Under the pieces are notes generated by a model, which worked only from the letters and a program-made list of their open reading frames with translations, ran no database searches and was not told where the DNA came from. The translations under genes were made by a program, and so were the position numbers. Shown here piece by piece: positions 20,471-30,133 of a stretch of DNA of 64,000 nt. Position 1 is the first letter of the stretch, and each line of letters opens with the position of its first letter. The DNA comes from Nostoc sp. DedSLP01. GTDB lineage: Bacteria > Cyanobacteriota > Cyanobacteriia > Cyanobacteriales > Nostocaceae. The stretch spans positions 128,001-192,000 of the forward strand of contig JAVRCJ020000007.1 of assembly GCA_034530875.2 (NCBI GenBank), given 5' to 3'.

Positions 20471-20498
20471 GTAGAGACGCGATTAATCGCGTCTCTAC
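20471..20498. repeat. REP-like perfect palindrome
   Basis: GTAGAGACGCGATTAATCGCGTCTCTAC between convergent genes; relatives at about 3464-3490 and 59140-59167. Confidence 0.75.
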
Positions 20499-20504
20499 TA
20501 ATGA

Positions 20505-21158
20505 CTAATTTATACCTAGCCACTTTTGACCGTCTAAACGCTGCACTAGTCCATAAACTAATAGGTCTAGTGTAGTTTTGCGTTCATCAATTAAGAATGA
20601 TTCAAGAGTGCTTGGTTGTTTGCCTTCATTACAAGAAAAACCCTTTTTCCCTTGAATATCTTCTTCGGGGAAATAGAGATTAAAATTGTACGCGCCGTTT
20701 TGCAAACTGCCGATAATTTGCCAGGATTCTTCAGCGGATTCAAAGCCCTTAATTGGTACTTTTTGCTTAGCAAAAGAGACTTGTAAATCTTTCACACCTT
20801 GTTGAGCGATGGCTTTTTGTAAAGCTGGCAAATAGTCTTGCTCGATGAACTCTACAAATGGTTTATCTTCAACAGCTGGTGCTTTTTCCTTTTTAGCTTT
20901 TGCTGCGGCAGGTTTTTCTTCTCCTGTTGCTGCGGCTGCGGGTTTTTCTCGCTTGGGTGAGGCCGCGGCTGGTTTAGCAGCATTGGGGTTATCTTCGGGG
21001 TTTGCGGCTTTAGGATCTGGCGCGTTGGCAGTAGGGATGTCTGTCGCTTCGGGCGAGCTTGTACTGGGAGCATGTTCTTCAGCGACACTGGGAGCCTGCT
21101 TGTCAACAGTGCTGGGAGCTACTTCTCCCGCTTCATTGTGATTAGTTTCTTCTGCCAT
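20505..21158 (-). CDS. DUF2996 family protein
   Basis: Ala/Pro-rich N-terminus; EDKPF.EFI, ESFLIDER and RL.GQKWLG motifs. Confidence 0.85.
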   Translation of the reverse strand: MAEETNHNEAGEVAPSTVDKQAPSVAEEHAPSTSSPEATDIPTANAPDPKAANPEDNPNAAKPAAASPKREKPAAAATGEEKPAAAKAKKEKAPAVEDKPFVEFIEQDYLPALQKAIAQQGVKDLQVSFAKQKVPIKGFESAEESWQIIGSLQNGAYNFNLYFPEEDIQGKKGFSCNEGKQPSTLESFLIDERKTTLDLLVYGLVQRLDGQKWLGIN

Positions 21159-21244
21159 TACTCAGGTCAATCCTTTACTCTTGCTTTAGGAGCGATCGCT
21201 CACCTTGAGATATCGGGTATCTTCATTTTGACATACTAGTGTCG

Positions 21245-21372
21245 TTGGGGAGATGGGGAGATGGGAAGTGTGGGGAGTGTGGGGAGTGTGGGAAGTGTGG
21301 GGAGTGTGGGGAGTGTGGGGAGTGTGGGGGGAAAGATTTCTTCCCCATCCTCCCACACCTCCCACACTCCCT
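21245..21372. repeat. Nonamer tandem repeat (GGGGAGTGT)n followed by complementary CCCACAC units
   Basis: About 7 direct copies; similar arrays at about 1870-1900, 61690-61770 and 63680-63790. Confidence 0.85.
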
Positions 21373-21398
21373 GTTTGCCCAATCTCCAATGCCCCATA

Positions 21399-22460
21399 CT
21401 AAATTCCTTTAAATCCCATATTTTTTTCTACCTGTTGTTGTGTTTGCATAGAACTTACTTTGGCAGATGCAACTTTGCTATGAGTTTTACGCTTAATGCC
21501 AAGGTGGCTGAGGATTATGCCTACCAAAATTAAGCTACCGCCAATATATTGAGCTAGGGTAGGAGCTTCACCCAAAATTAGATAGGCTGCTAAGATGCCT
21601 GCAATTGGGCTAAATGAGCCAACTAAGGAAGCCATCGATACTGTGGAAGTTTTTAAGCCTTTAATCCAAAAAGACTGCCCTACTACTACAATCAACGCAC
21701 CATACAGAAACATCCATTGCCATAAAAATGGTGAAAATACATCAGCAAAATGATTGCTGCCATAGAGTATCAAAGCAATCAAGAAAAAGATTAGGGTTCC
21801 GAGTGCAGTCCGAAAAATACTATAAATTCCCACTGGAATCTGGGAAAGCTGTTTTTTGCCAATAATTGTAGAAGCGGATATGGCTACCGATGCTGCTACT
21901 GCCAAAACTTCTCCTACACCTAAAGTCAAACCTCCCACGTTCATCATTGCTGTCTGTGGAGGTTGCAAGATAATAGTTAGGATAACGCCAACAAAAGCTG
22001 CGATCGCTCCGGCAATTTCCCAAAGATGCACCCGTTCTTTCAATAGCCAAATCGATAAAGCCAGAGTTAACACTGGTTCCAAGCGTCCAACCAAAATAAT
22101 ATTGTTCACCCCTGTAAGTGCTAATGCTTGGAAAATTAAGCCGGGGGCGATCGCTCCTGATAAAATAGCTACTGCTGTTAGACTGACCCAATCTTTGTCT
22201 GAAAGCTGCATCAAATTCGCTTTGTTCCACTGCCGCCCATAAATTAAAATTAGAAGTATCAAGGCACACAGGTTGCCTACGAACAATACATTACACAAAG
22301 AAATCGGATTGCGACCCCCCATAAAATGTTGGGCGCCAATTTCTGTAAGCTTGCGAGTTACTGCACTAGATGCTCCAAAAATTAGCATCGCTAGCCAGAG
22401 ATATGTTTGTCCGGAAATTTGTTTAGGGATTAGGCGAGGTAGTGTGTTGGGTCTAGTCAC
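21399..22460 (-). CDS. DMT/EamA family transporter
   Basis: About 10 TM helices in two EamA repeats (LLKER, LGE motifs). Confidence 0.85.
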   Translation of the reverse strand: MTRPNTLPRLIPKQISGQTYLWLAMLIFGASSAVTRKLTEIGAQHFMGGRNPISLCNVLFVGNLCALILLILIYGRQWNKANLMQLSDKDWVSLTAVAILSGAIAPGLIFQALALTGVNNIILVGRLEPVLTLALSIWLLKERVHLWEIAGAIAAFVGVILTIILQPPQTAMMNVGGLTLGVGEVLAVAASVAISASTIIGKKQLSQIPVGIYSIFRTALGTLIFFLIALILYGSNHFADVFSPFLWQWMFLYGALIVVVGQSFWIKGLKTSTVSMASLVGSFSPIAGILAAYLILGEAPTLAQYIGGSLILVGIILSHLGIKRKTHSKVASAKVSSMQTQQQVEKNMGFKGI

Positions 22461-22716
22461 AATAATATCGTGGCAATCAAAGCATTTTTAATTATCTTAA
22501 GTTGCTGTGTTCTAGTTCAGAATTAAGTTTTGCTGAAAAAATACTTAAATTCATCTGTGACTTTGAGATACCATTATTCCCTGAAAAAATCCTGAGAAAT
22601 CACTAAATCTTCTTTTGAAAAAAATTAATGAAAATACTTCCTGAGTTTCACCTCGGCTTCAGTCGCAACTGCGATGCTTTGGTTGTTCCGCAGAAATCAA
22701 ATTTCAGGAGTAACAA

Positions 22717-23079
22717 ATGAAACTTGCCCCACTAGTTACAAGCCTTGCCTTGGTTGGTTTTTTCACAGTTTGGGATGCACCGCTAAAAGTAATCAATCCT
22801 TCATTAATTCAAGCATCGGCAGCTGAAGAATTGCCTCTTGCAAAAAAACTAGAGTCGCTGACTAAGATTAAAGGTCAATTTGGTAGTGGCGATCAATTGC
22901 GTCGTTTCTTTTTTGGTGACTTGGAGCCAATTGGTATTCAACCTGGTGGAGCAGGTCATGTAGTTAATCTTTACAACAAAGCTAATGATGTTACATTTTC
23001 TTACTGTTCAACTTATGATGTAGTTGTTGCCATTAAGAAAGGGAAGGTGGCAAAGTTTGAACCGAATGAAGTGAAATAA
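22717..23079 (+). CDS. Hypothetical secreted protein
   Basis: 120 aa, AGGAG RBS, signal-like N-terminus, downstream hairpin. Confidence 0.7.
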   Translation: MKLAPLVTSLALVGFFTVWDAPLKVINPSLIQASAAEELPLAKKLESLTKIKGQFGSGDQLRRFFFGDLEPIGIQPGGAGHVVNLYNKANDVTFSYCSTYDVVVAIKKGKVAKFEPNEVK

Positions 23080-23122
23080 GTTAAAAAGCGATCGCCTGCA
23101 AAAATTAAATTATTTATCAATA

Positions 23123-23155
23123 AGATACTCGGCTGTTCAAAAAAGCCGGGTATCT
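23123..23155 (+). terminator. Hairpin/terminator after the 22717 ORF
   Basis: AGATACTCGGCT / AGCCGGGTATCT stem. Confidence 0.55.
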
Positions 23156-23410
23156 ATAGTTTTCTATTCTAAACTTGGTGTTGTTCTAATTGAGTGCTAA
23201 TAACACCATTAATTTCTGACTATTTAATTTAAGTAAAATTTCACAATTCCATTGTATACAAATAGTATATATATTTAGTAAAATTTCTCTATTAAATTAA
23301 TCAAACTTTTTACTTCCAGCTATTTCCAGATAAATACGCTAAGCTTTGGGGTTACAGTAATGTTCCCGAAAAAATACGTGTTTCAAATAGCTGTAAATAT
23401 TTGAAAACTT

Positions 23411-23525
23411 ATACCAATTCTGTATGAAGATACACATAATCAAGACCCCCCTGTAGTCCCCCCTTGGCAAGGGGGGACGGCGTAGCCGGGGGGTAAATAG
23501 ATCTAGCTTCACAAAGAAACGGTAT
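23411..23525. mobile_element. MITE-like element with ATACC...GGTAT termini and CCCCTTGGCAAGGGG core
   Basis: ATACCAATTC left end, GAAACGGTAT right end, same AACTT/TAG flanks as the 3251-3360 element. Confidence 0.55.
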
Positions 23526-23568
23526 TAGCATTTGATTTGTAAAATTATTTTTTCACCTATGCAATATT

Positions 23569-24849
23569 ATGCAATATGCATCCATGAGTAAAACCAGTGA
23601 TGACGAAGCATTTTTACAAAACCAAACTTGGCAGCGCGAACGGCAAATCATAGCGCGTTTGTCTTCTTTGAATTATCGAACTGGTGAACTAGGAAGCTAT
23701 TTGCACAACATTGCTTGCGGAGTCAGCGAATTAATTAGAGTTGATTGGACAGTTGTAACTTTTTGCCAAGAGGGGCTAGAAACTATTCTTGCCAGTAGTT
23801 TGGACATGGCAGAAGATGCACCCCGCGTATATGCTTTGCATGGTCGGCTAATTTCTACAGTGTTACAAATTGGGCGCACATTAGCAGTTAAAGATGCTGT
23901 AGCTAATCCAGAGTACGGCAGACCTGCACCCGGTTATCGAGCATATTTAGGAATACCGTTGCAAACTTCTGAAGGTCAAATATTTGGTACTATCTGCTCT
24001 TTTCATCGCCAGCCACGGGAGTTTTCTGGCGATGAAATTCAAATTGTGGAGTTATTTGCAGAAAGAGCTGCTACTGCGATCGACCACTATCATCTGTACC
24101 AGCAACAGTGTCAATTTAATCATATCCTAGAGGCTGAAGTAGAAAAACGCACGGCAGAATTACGAGCAGCCCAAGCCAAATTAGTAGAACAAGAACGGCT
24201 GGCGGCTATTGGTGAATTTGCTGCCATTATCGTCCATGAAATTCGTAATCCCTTAACTACGATGATTATGGGATTAAAGTATTTCCGCAAAACCGTTCTT
24301 ACTGAATCTGCCCAAGAAAGATTAGAGTTAGCATTAAGCGAAGCTAGCCGCCTAGAACGTCTATTGAGCGAAATTTTACTCTACGCTAAACCCCAAGTTT
24401 TACAGCTTTCTGAATTGGATATAAATGAATTCATTAATGAATTACTTGTACCCATACGTGAAATGCCAGAAGCTGTAGAACGGCAAATTGAATTTATTCC
24501 AGCATCACCTACGGTAAAAATTTTGGGGGATAAAGATAAACTCAAACAAGTATTTATCAATATTGTTCGTAATGCTTGTGAGGCAGTTGTACCAGGAGAC
24601 ATTATTAAGTGGACAGTAGATTCTGATACAGATAAAGCGTGCATTAGCGTCCAAAATGGTGGCGAACCAATTCCAGCAGAAATTATTGCCAAGCTTTCTA
24701 CACCGTTCTTTTCTACAAAACCTTGTGGCACTGGATTAGGGCTTGCGATTACCAAACGTATAGTCAATGCTCACAATGGAGAACTGTTAATTTCTTCAGA
24801 CTTAGTAACAGGAACTACTGTAAGCGTTCAATTACCTGTAGTTAATTAA
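23569..24849 (+). CDS. GAF-domain sensor histidine kinase (cytoplasmic)
   Basis: GAF (YLGIPL...GTIC), H-box HEIRNPL, N-box, F/G boxes FFSTK..GTGLGL. Confidence 0.9.
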   Translation: MQYASMSKTSDDEAFLQNQTWQRERQIIARLSSLNYRTGELGSYLHNIACGVSELIRVDWTVVTFCQEGLETILASSLDMAEDAPRVYALHGRLISTVLQIGRTLAVKDAVANPEYGRPAPGYRAYLGIPLQTSEGQIFGTICSFHRQPREFSGDEIQIVELFAERAATAIDHYHLYQQQCQFNHILEAEVEKRTAELRAAQAKLVEQERLAAIGEFAAIIVHEIRNPLTTMIMGLKYFRKTVLTESAQERLELALSEASRLERLLSEILLYAKPQVLQLSELDINEFINELLVPIREMPEAVERQIEFIPASPTVKILGDKDKLKQVFINIVRNACEAVVPGDIIKWTVDSDTDKACISVQNGGEPIPAEIIAKLSTPFFSTKPCGTGLGLAITKRIVNAHNGELLISSDLVTGTTVSVQLPVVN

Positions 24850-24896
24850 TATCTTCATGTAAATACAAATAGTGGATTCTATCCTTTAGTATTTTT

Positions 24897-25937
24897 CTAA
24901 ACAATTGCATTTTTAATATCATTAATTAATTCATCAATTCTTGATTTAGTTGTATTCCAAGAACAGACAAAGCGTACTCCTCCCACACCAATGAACGTAT
25001 AAAATTGCCAGTTTTTGGCTTTTAAGCTGTGAATGACTTGTTCGGGTAGTTTGACGAACACGGCATTGGCTTCTCTAGGAAACATGAAATCAACACCTTC
25101 TATATTCAATAGCTGATTTTCTAAATATTCAGCACATTGATTCGCATGTCTAGCATTTTTTAGCCAAGCACCAGTTTCTAATAAACCCAGCCAAGGAGCA
25201 GAGATAAATCGCATTTTAGAAGCTAATTGACCTGCTTGCTTACACCGATAATCAAAATCTTCAGCTAGGGCTTTGTTGAAGAAAATAATTGCTTCACCTA
25301 ATGCCATGCCATTCTTAGTACCGCAAAAGCACAACACATCTACGCCAGATTTCCAACTAATTTCGGCGGGGCTTTTATTCATTGCGGCAACTGCATTGGC
25401 AAAACGAGCGCCATCCATGTGAATTTTTAAGTTATGCTTTTTCGCAACTTCTTTAATTTGCAAAAGTTCTTCAATAGTATATAAAGTTCCTAATTCAGTT
25501 GATTGTGTAATGCTAATAACTTTAGGTTTGGGATAATGAATGTCATTACGCTTAGTGACAACTGCCTCTACAGCTTGTGCTGTTAACTTACCATTTTTAC
25601 CTTGAGCAAGTAACAGTTTAGAGCCGTTAGAAGCAAATTCTGGTGCGCCACATTCGTCTGTTTCGATGTGAGAAGTTTCATGACAAATGACGCTGTGATA
25701 TGACTGACAAAGTGCAGCTAAAGATAAAGAATTTGCTGCTGTACCGTTAAAGGCAAAAAATACTTCACAGTCAATTTCAAAGAGTTCTCGAAAATAATCT
25801 GCGGCTTTTTGAGTCCATTCATCATTTCCATAAGCGGGAACGCTACCTTCATTGGCCCTAATCATATATTCCAGGGCTTCCGGACAAATACCAGAGGAAT
25901 TATCACTTGCAAACTGCTCTAAGGGCTTAGTCATCAT
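24897..25937 (-). CDS. Low-specificity L-threonine aldolase
   Basis: FASDN, NGTAAN, HMDGARFANA and GTKNG PLP-lysine motifs; start uncertain. Confidence 0.88.
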   Translation of the reverse strand: MMTKPLEQFASDNSSGICPEALEYMIRANEGSVPAYGNDEWTQKAADYFRELFEIDCEVFFAFNGTAANSLSLAALCQSYHSVICHETSHIETDECGAPEFASNGSKLLLAQGKNGKLTAQAVEAVVTKRNDIHYPKPKVISITQSTELGTLYTIEELLQIKEVAKKHNLKIHMDGARFANAVAAMNKSPAEISWKSGVDVLCFCGTKNGMALGEAIIFFNKALAEDFDYRCKQAGQLASKMRFISAPWLGLLETGAWLKNARHANQCAEYLENQLLNIEGVDFMFPREANAVFVKLPEQVIHSLKAKNWQFYTFIGVGGVRFVCSWNTTKSRIDELINDIKNAIV

Positions 25938-26451
25938 CTCTAAGTTGATTTTTATTAGTATTTTTTCCAATGTTAGTGAATAATTTTGCCACCTGCCAAC
26001 TCAAGATTTTTGATTCTACAATCGTACTGAGTGCTTGATGCTTTGGCTAAATGATTGGTTTCCTAATATCCACAGATAACTAAAGTCTGAGTTGCAGTTT
26101 ACTGAGATATTTGGTTACTATAAGATGTTTATCGATCGCGGTATACTCGGAAACCTGAGGTTGAGGTATTTTGCGAAGTGAAACCTTTTAGCTAAATATT
26201 GTGCTAAAAAAATAAAGTTTACCAATTGAATGCTAATTATATACTTATAATGTATTGCACAATCTACGGACAATAACTATGAGATTACTATTGGGCATAT
26301 TTGTCCTTTCTGATTTGTCAGATAATTTTGCATTTTCAATTTTGGATTGACCTACGGATGAATCTGCTTGATTTGTACTATTAAGAAATCATTGGCTATT
26401 TGACTTTGTTATTTATTGTTTGTCAGTTACCAATAGCTAACGGCTAACGAC

Positions 26452-26496
26452 CAATGACTAATGACTAATGACCAATGACTAATGACCAATGACTAG
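26452..26496. repeat. Heptamer tandem repeat (AATGACT/AATGACC)n
   Basis: Direct repeats; same family at about 16-88, 1905-1980, 42570-42612, 49248-49297 and 50455-50484. Confidence 0.85.
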
Positions 26497-26509
26497 TAAT
26501 TCATAACTA

Positions 26510-27292
26510 ATGACTGAACCATTAATTGAACTCAAAAATGTTTCTAAGTCCTTTGGTAGCCATAAAGTTCTAGACAATGTAGATTTAACAATTTATCGAG
26601 GAGAAGCACTAGGAATTATTGGGCCATCGGGGACTGGGAAATCGACGATTTTACGGGTAATAGCAGGTTTGCTAGCTCCTGATGAAGGAGAAATTTACGT
26701 TCAAGGAGTGCTACGAGAAGGTTTGATTGAAGATGGTAGCGAGCCGGTTGGTATTGGTATGGTGTTTCAACAGGCGGCGTTATTTGATTCGCTGACGGTC
26801 GAGGAGAATGTAGGATTTTTACTTTATCAAAATTCAAAGTTACCGCGATCGCGCATTCAAGATTTGGTAAAAGAAAAATTAGAAATGGTCGGCTTATCAG
26901 GAATTAGCGACCTTTATCCAGCAGAACTTTCTGGAGGAATGCGAAAACGAGTTAGTTTTGCCCGTGCGATTATGTCTAACCCCGATAATCCTAAAGACAG
27001 TGCAGAAGTTTTATTGTACGATGAACCAACAGCAGGACTCGATCCCATTGCTTCAACAGTAATAGAAGATTTAATCCGTTCTTTACAATGTACCCAAGGA
27101 GTATGCAGCACTTATGCTGTTGTTACTCACCAAGATAGTACTATACGCCGTACAGCTGATAGACTTATATTTTTGTATGAAGGAAAAGTACAGTGGCAGG
27201 GTACAGTTAATGAAATATATACCACAGAACATCCTTTAATTAAACAATTTATTAGTGGAAGCGTTGAAGGGCCAATTCAGGTCGTCGGTTAA
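26510..27292 (+). CDS. MlaF/TGD3-type ABC transporter ATPase
   Basis: GPSGTGKST, LSGGMRKRV and LLYDEPTAGLDP motifs. Confidence 0.9.
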   Translation: MTEPLIELKNVSKSFGSHKVLDNVDLTIYRGEALGIIGPSGTGKSTILRVIAGLLAPDEGEIYVQGVLREGLIEDGSEPVGIGMVFQQAALFDSLTVEENVGFLLYQNSKLPRSRIQDLVKEKLEMVGLSGISDLYPAELSGGMRKRVSFARAIMSNPDNPKDSAEVLLYDEPTAGLDPIASTVIEDLIRSLQCTQGVCSTYAVVTHQDSTIRRTADRLIFLYEGKVQWQGTVNEIYTTEHPLIKQFISGSVEGPIQVVG

Positions 27293-27412
27293 AAAGTTAG
27301 GAGTTAAAAGTTAAGAATGAAGATTTAAATTTCATAACTTAATCATCGCTACTAAGTTATAAATTTTAACTCCTAACTCTTAAGTTATGAATAATTATTG
27401 GAGAGAGATATA

Positions 27413-28906
27413 ATGCGAGATTTTATCAGAAACCGCTTCGCCTCTGGGCGAACATTTAGAGAAGGTTCTGTGGGATTGTTACTTCTGCTAGGACTAGGGG
27501 TATTTACAATACTTTTCCTATGGATAAATAGAGTCAATACTGGTCGCGGTTCATACAAAGCTATTATCGAATTTGCTAACGCTGGGGGAATGCAAAAGGG
27601 AACGCCAGTTCGCTATCGTGGCGTTAAGGTAGGAAATATTTCCCAAATTAGGCCAGGAGCAAATGTCATTGATGTAGAGATTGAAATTGTTCAAAAAGAC
27701 TTGATTATTCCTCGTGATGTAGCGATAGAAGCCAATCAAAGCGGATTAATTAGCGAAAGTATGATTGATATTACACCAAGAACAACGCTTCCGACTGGAG
27801 TGGCGATCGCTAAACCTCTGGATAAAGATTGTAATGCGAACCTGATCGTTTGTAATGGCTCTCGATTACGAGGTCAGGTTGGGATCAGTGTTGATGAACT
27901 AATTCGCAGTTCAACTGAACTAGCTAATGCATACAACCAACCAAAATTTTATAGAAATATCAATGGAGTTTTGGAATCCGCTACAGTTGCAGCAAATAGT
28001 TTTACAGATTTAAGTCAGGATCTGAGAACTTTAACTAAAAGTTTACGGCAACAATTAAATGCATTTTCCGCTACTGCTAATTCAGTGCAACGTGCGACTA
28101 ACCAACTTAATGAATCTGCAACTGAAACAGTAAATCAGTTTGGTGTAACTGCAACTCAAGCAAATCGATTGCTGACGAATCTAGATAACTTATTGGTCAC
28201 AAATCGTTCTGCACTAGTTAACGCGCTGAACAATATTACCGAAACTAGCAATCAATTACGTGTTACAGTTAGTAGCTTATCACCAGCTGTTAATCGCTTC
28301 ACTCAAGGAGAATTGCTAAATAATTTAGAAGCTTTATCTAATAATGCCGCACAAGCCTCAGCTAACTTACGTGATGCTACTAAAACCTTAAACGATCCAA
28401 AAAATATCGTTGTATTGCAGCAAACTTTAGATTCAGCACGGGTAACATTTGAAAATACCCAAAAAATTACATCTGATTTAGATGAATTGACAGGCGATCC
28501 TACTTTCCGGCAAAATCTACGGCAACTTGTAAATGGTTTAAGTAGTTTAGTATCTTCTACGCAACAGATGCAGCAACAAGTACAGGTTGCTACTACTTTA
28601 GATTCAGTAAAAACTGCTGTGAATAAACCAAATAATATGATTCGTACTCCAGCAGTAATTCCACAGGAATTAGCCAATGAAAAACTAGTTTTGAAGTTGC
28701 CTTTACCCAACACCGAACCTGAGAAAAATCCTGAAGCTTACGCAATTAATCCACCTCCAGCTTTGGAGAGTGGTACTACCAATTCTCAACTAATTCCGAG
28801 TCCAACTTTACCTAATTCATCCCAAGAAAATCTGTTGAGACAGCTGCGGGAATATGGCAAGCAACGAGAGCAAATGAATACAGAAAATAAGCAAATCCAG
28901 CAATAG
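27413..28906 (+). CDS. MlaD/MCE family protein (Ycf22-like)
   Basis: N-terminal TM, GTPVRYRGV.VG MCE domain, long helical region; follows the MlaF-type ATPase. Confidence 0.88.
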   Translation: MRDFIRNRFASGRTFREGSVGLLLLLGLGVFTILFLWINRVNTGRGSYKAIIEFANAGGMQKGTPVRYRGVKVGNISQIRPGANVIDVEIEIVQKDLIIPRDVAIEANQSGLISESMIDITPRTTLPTGVAIAKPLDKDCNANLIVCNGSRLRGQVGISVDELIRSSTELANAYNQPKFYRNINGVLESATVAANSFTDLSQDLRTLTKSLRQQLNAFSATANSVQRATNQLNESATETVNQFGVTATQANRLLTNLDNLLVTNRSALVNALNNITETSNQLRVTVSSLSPAVNRFTQGELLNNLEALSNNAAQASANLRDATKTLNDPKNIVVLQQTLDSARVTFENTQKITSDLDELTGDPTFRQNLRQLVNGLSSLVSSTQQMQQQVQVATTLDSVKTAVNKPNNMIRTPAVIPQELANEKLVLKLPLPNTEPEKNPEAYAINPPPALESGTTNSQLIPSPTLPNSSQENLLRQLREYGKQREQMNTENKQIQQ

Positions 28907-28955
28907 CTATTGCTCATTTTGAAACGACAATAAAGAACAGCAAATGACTAATGGT

Positions 28956-30056
28956 TCATTGCGATATTGATTCCTCTGCTAGTAATTCTGATGCTGGTTC
29001 GCTTTCAATTACATTCTCGGAATCATCAGACTTAGAAAAACCATCTGTTAGATCTTTAATAAAACCAGCTATAGGTACGGCGATTAGCAAACCTAAAACT
29101 CCACCAATATTGGTGCCAACAAGCAAAGCAATTAATACCCATATTGGTCGAATGCCAGTAAATTTGCCTAAAAGACGAGGTGCGATCGCCTGATCGATTA
29201 ACTGGTCAATTACAACAGCCACCGCAAAAACTTTCACTGCTAACCAAAAGTTATGTGAAGCTATAATTAAAGTTATTACAACGAGACTAACAACATCACC
29301 AAAAGGAATTAAGCTCAAAAGCCCAACTCCCAAACCAAATAGTAAAGCAAACTGGATTTGAAAAACTAAAAATAGTAATGTTTCTGACAATCCCATCAGC
29401 AAAGCCAAAGTTCCTTGACCAATCAAGTAATTTTGGAAATTTTGCTGAATCGACTGGCTTACTTTTTGAGCATAAATTCCAGGAAATTTCTTAAATAAGC
29501 CTTCCCAGATTCTCGGTCCATCTAATAATAGATAAAAAGCCAGCACTACAATAATTAGAGCCTCAGATATATTATCTATTGTATCAATAATAATACTTAA
29601 AAGTTTATCTGAAATAAACTCTAACTCACGAGGCAATTGTTCGGTAACTTGTGTTAATAATTGTCTGAGGTTGACATTTAACTTATGGCTAGAAAACCAT
29701 TGATTTAAAATCTCTAGTTTTTCTTCGCTAGAATCAATCCATTGGGGAAGAAGCCTCGCCATCTCATTAAATTGGTCTAGAACAATAGGTAGTAAAATAA
29801 TACCCAAAGCTCCGAAAGTTATTGATGCTAGGATAAAAACTAAGGCTACTGCATAGTTGCGTTTAACTCCTTTCCCTTGGAGAACCGCAACAGGGAAGTT
29901 TAAAATAAATGCCAGCAAAGCAGACAATAAAAGAATTGTCACCACAGGCTGTAAACCTTGAAAAACCCGCAATGCTAGCCAAACATTGAGGAAAACTAAA
30001 GGAAATAGTAACGTTACAATTAACCATTTCAGTAGTTGATTGAGCGACAAATTCAT
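28956..30056 (-). CDS. AI-2E family transporter
   Basis: Multi-TM; FYLLLDG, PRLLG and GG.LG..IA.P motifs. Confidence 0.85.
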   Translation of the reverse strand: MNLSLNQLLKWLIVTLLFPLVFLNVWLALRVFQGLQPVVTILLLSALLAFILNFPVAVLQGKGVKRNYAVALVFILASITFGALGIILLPIVLDQFNEMARLLPQWIDSSEEKLEILNQWFSSHKLNVNLRQLLTQVTEQLPRELEFISDKLLSIIIDTIDNISEALIIVVLAFYLLLDGPRIWEGLFKKFPGIYAQKVSQSIQQNFQNYLIGQGTLALLMGLSETLLFLVFQIQFALLFGLGVGLLSLIPFGDVVSLVVITLIIASHNFWLAVKVFAVAVVIDQLIDQAIAPRLLGKFTGIRPIWVLIALLVGTNIGGVLGLLIAVPIAGFIKDLTDGFSKSDDSENVIESEPASELLAEESISQ

Positions 30057-30133
30057 ATTTAATAAATTTGGTAAAATGACAAAATCTTTCCTCACTCTTC
30101 GCCTTCACCTATAATTTTTGAATTCTTGTAATC

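Noticed and set aside
21245..21372. Possible CRISPR array
   Set aside because: Repeats are contiguous 7-9-mers with no unique spacers, and there are no cas genes in the window
21261..21533. ORFs reading GSVGSV.../PHTPHT... (also 63482-63805)
   Set aside because: Translations of nonamer tandem repeats, not credible genes
26510..28906. mlaF-mlaD without an mlaE permease
   Set aside because: Common cyanobacterial arrangement; the permease is typically encoded elsewhere
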